From assembly GCF_006345805.1 (NCBI RefSeq), contig NC_042998.1, positions 114,948,001-115,012,000 on the forward strand: a DNA stretch of 64,000 nt, given 5' to 3'. Each line of letters begins with the position of its first letter. The stretch's first letter is position 1. Source of the stretch: Octopus sinensis (lineage: Eukaryota). The translations under genes and the position numbers were made by a program. A model generated the notes under the pieces. The model was given only the letters and a program-made list of their open reading frames with translations, was not told the origin of the DNA and did not search any database. Shown piece after piece: positions 61,885 to 64,000 of this stretch.

Positions 61885-64000
61885 TGTGTGAGTGTGTATG
61901 ATGGAGAAAGAAATTGACCTCAGACTCTGGAAGGTTAGCTCCACTTCCGGTAAGCCTTATCACAGGATTTTGAACAACCGCGACGTATCTTATATATGTC
62001 ATAAGATGAAAAGACGACGTTAGAAAGACAACAAAAGAACACACGAAAAAAAGACGTGGACATGCTCTTCCCTCATTAGTTATCATCTAAAGTTCATAAC
62101 AAGTTCGCTCTTTTTACGCTATATATATATAATAACTTCGCCCCCATGCTTGTTTTCTACGAAAAATTTCGTTTGGCAATTCCGTATTTTTCCTTTGCAT
62201 AGACGTAATCAACAATGAATTCTTTAAATTCCCTTTAAATATTTTCTACGGTGAATAAAGGTGTGCTCCGTGCAGGCACGTATCTTGTATTACATTTTCA
62301 TATACATACATATATATATATATGTGTGTGTATACATATATGTGTGTGTATACATATATGTGTGTGTGTGTGTAAGAATGATATAAGACGAGTATGAAGG
62401 ATATCGCTCGTTAATAGAAGATCAAAACATTAGGTTTTTGGAAAGAAAAGTAGGTTTAAGTCACTAAGTTTATATACATATACCGTTATACAAGATTATT
62501 CTGTATAATTACTATATAGTTGAATATTCTGCAGCAACAGCCGTGTGTGGACTCTTCAACGAGTGGATGTTTCTGAAATGTCTAAGTATACGGTTTACGT
62601 TAGGTGTTTGTGTGTGCGCGTGTGTGTGTGTGTGTGTATGTGTGCATGTGTGTATGTGTGTGTGTGTGTGTGTGTATGTGTGTGTCTGTGTGTGTGTGTG
62701 TGTGTGTGTAAGTGTGTATTTACACACGACACACACCCATAGATGTCTTTGTAAGACGAATTAATTACTATTTAACATTTCATCCAGCACAGTAGCGGTT
62801 CTATCAATCGTGAATAGAGCTATTTTGATCATCTGAAATCGTATTTCTCAGAATGTTAAACAAAATAGAGAAACAGATAAAACTAATTCCACTTATCTAT
62901 CTTTTGATGGTGGAATGAATTTTTGAAATTTGTTTTCTTTCAAATGGCAAGAGAACAAGAATCAAATTATTTTTATTTATTGCTCAAAAATGTTCCCTAG
63001 ATTTTGTGGAGAGATTCGTGTTTTTCGTGTTAAGAAAGAATTAAATCTATGAAGTAAAAAAAAGTGGTAGGAAAGAAAACAAGAATGTAAACATTTTAAA
63101 GCAAGCTTATGAACCATTAACGTAATGTTCTTAGAACAGAGGATTGGCAAAAACGGCAAAGCATTGAATTCAGTTAATTGCGTTTTTCTGTCAAACCCAG
63201 TGTATGTTAATTAGTTTTGTTATTATCTTGGAAGTGATAACATAAACACCAGTAATTCAAAGTTGTTGGTCGTTTTGTTTCTACCATTTGTCTGATATAC
63301 TTTGGTTTTCTACTAAATTTTAAAATATAACTGTTAGATAAATAAATACAGATTCATTGAGTATGATTTGTGAACAAATTTGGAGGCAAGGAGCTATATA
63401 ACTTCATTAAATTTAGAACCTATGCGTCGTTATTACGTAGATGCATTATTATGTCTAAAAAAAAAAGGATGGGAACAGGCAGAATCGTAAGCGCATCGGA
63501 AGAAAAGATTAGTGGCATTTTCTGCGGCTTTTTACATTCTGAGCTCAAATACCACCGAGCTCAACTTTGCCTTTTATTCTTTCGGTGACGATAAAATAAG
63601 TACAAGTTAAGCATTGGGGTTCGACATAATAAACCGTCCCTTTCAACCTAACTATAACAGCTGGCTTTTTGCCACAAGTTGAAATCATTATATCTCTAAG
63701 ACTAATCTTTGCTGAGTGAGGGAAGTGATTCAGAAAACCTTTCTCAGGAAGAATAATCATAAACTTAGTGTCATCTTACTCATTGTCGTAAGGAAGCAAA
63801 TGTAATTAATTCATAATACTTAAAGGTTGATGAGAAGAGAAGTTTTTTCAATCACTAATGCTTCAATCTCTTCTTGGTAGGTACGATTGACGACTCCAGA
63901 CATGTTCGATCCTATTACATTTATCTAAGCAAATTAAAGCTTTCTCTTTACTAGTGATAAGAAAACGACTGTATGGAAATAAAATATGTACAAGAGTGGG

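Overview
Repeat-dominated, AT-rich animal genomic DNA. The tRNA-derived SINE families, the very dense (TA)n/(CA)n/(AAT)n microsatellites and the mix of Dong/R4, RTE, CR1, Penelope and Tc1/mariner relics look like an octopod cephalopod (Octopus) intron or intergenic region; this assignment is recognition, not a database result. No host protein-coding gene can be supported. There are only isolated low-confidence splice-flanked exon candidates, and most ORFs in the supplied track are microsatellite or transposon artefacts. The standout is 10264-14403. Two divergent retroelements each carry only a gag-like ORF1 (RRM-like region plus CCHC zinc knuckle) and no reverse transcriptase or endonuclease. 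They share a ~38-nt 3' terminus and lie head-to-tail at the same 12-15-bp target (GGAAGCAAGCTTCTT, seen three times as a target-site duplication) inside the tRNA-like head of a SINE. This is a candidate SINE-targeting, ORF1-only, L1/Tx1-type non-autonomous system. Secondary signals are SINE concatemers with one recurrent junction, two families of minimal hammerhead-ribozyme-like motifs, consecutive insertions into (AAT)n, a near-perfect ~190-bp fold-back hairpin at a rosa-type transposon end, and a ~430-450-bp inverted duplication. SINE families are labelled A-D here; matching them to the published octopus OK/OR1/OR2 names was not verified. Most boundaries are read by eye and are approximate unless a TSD or TIR fixes them.
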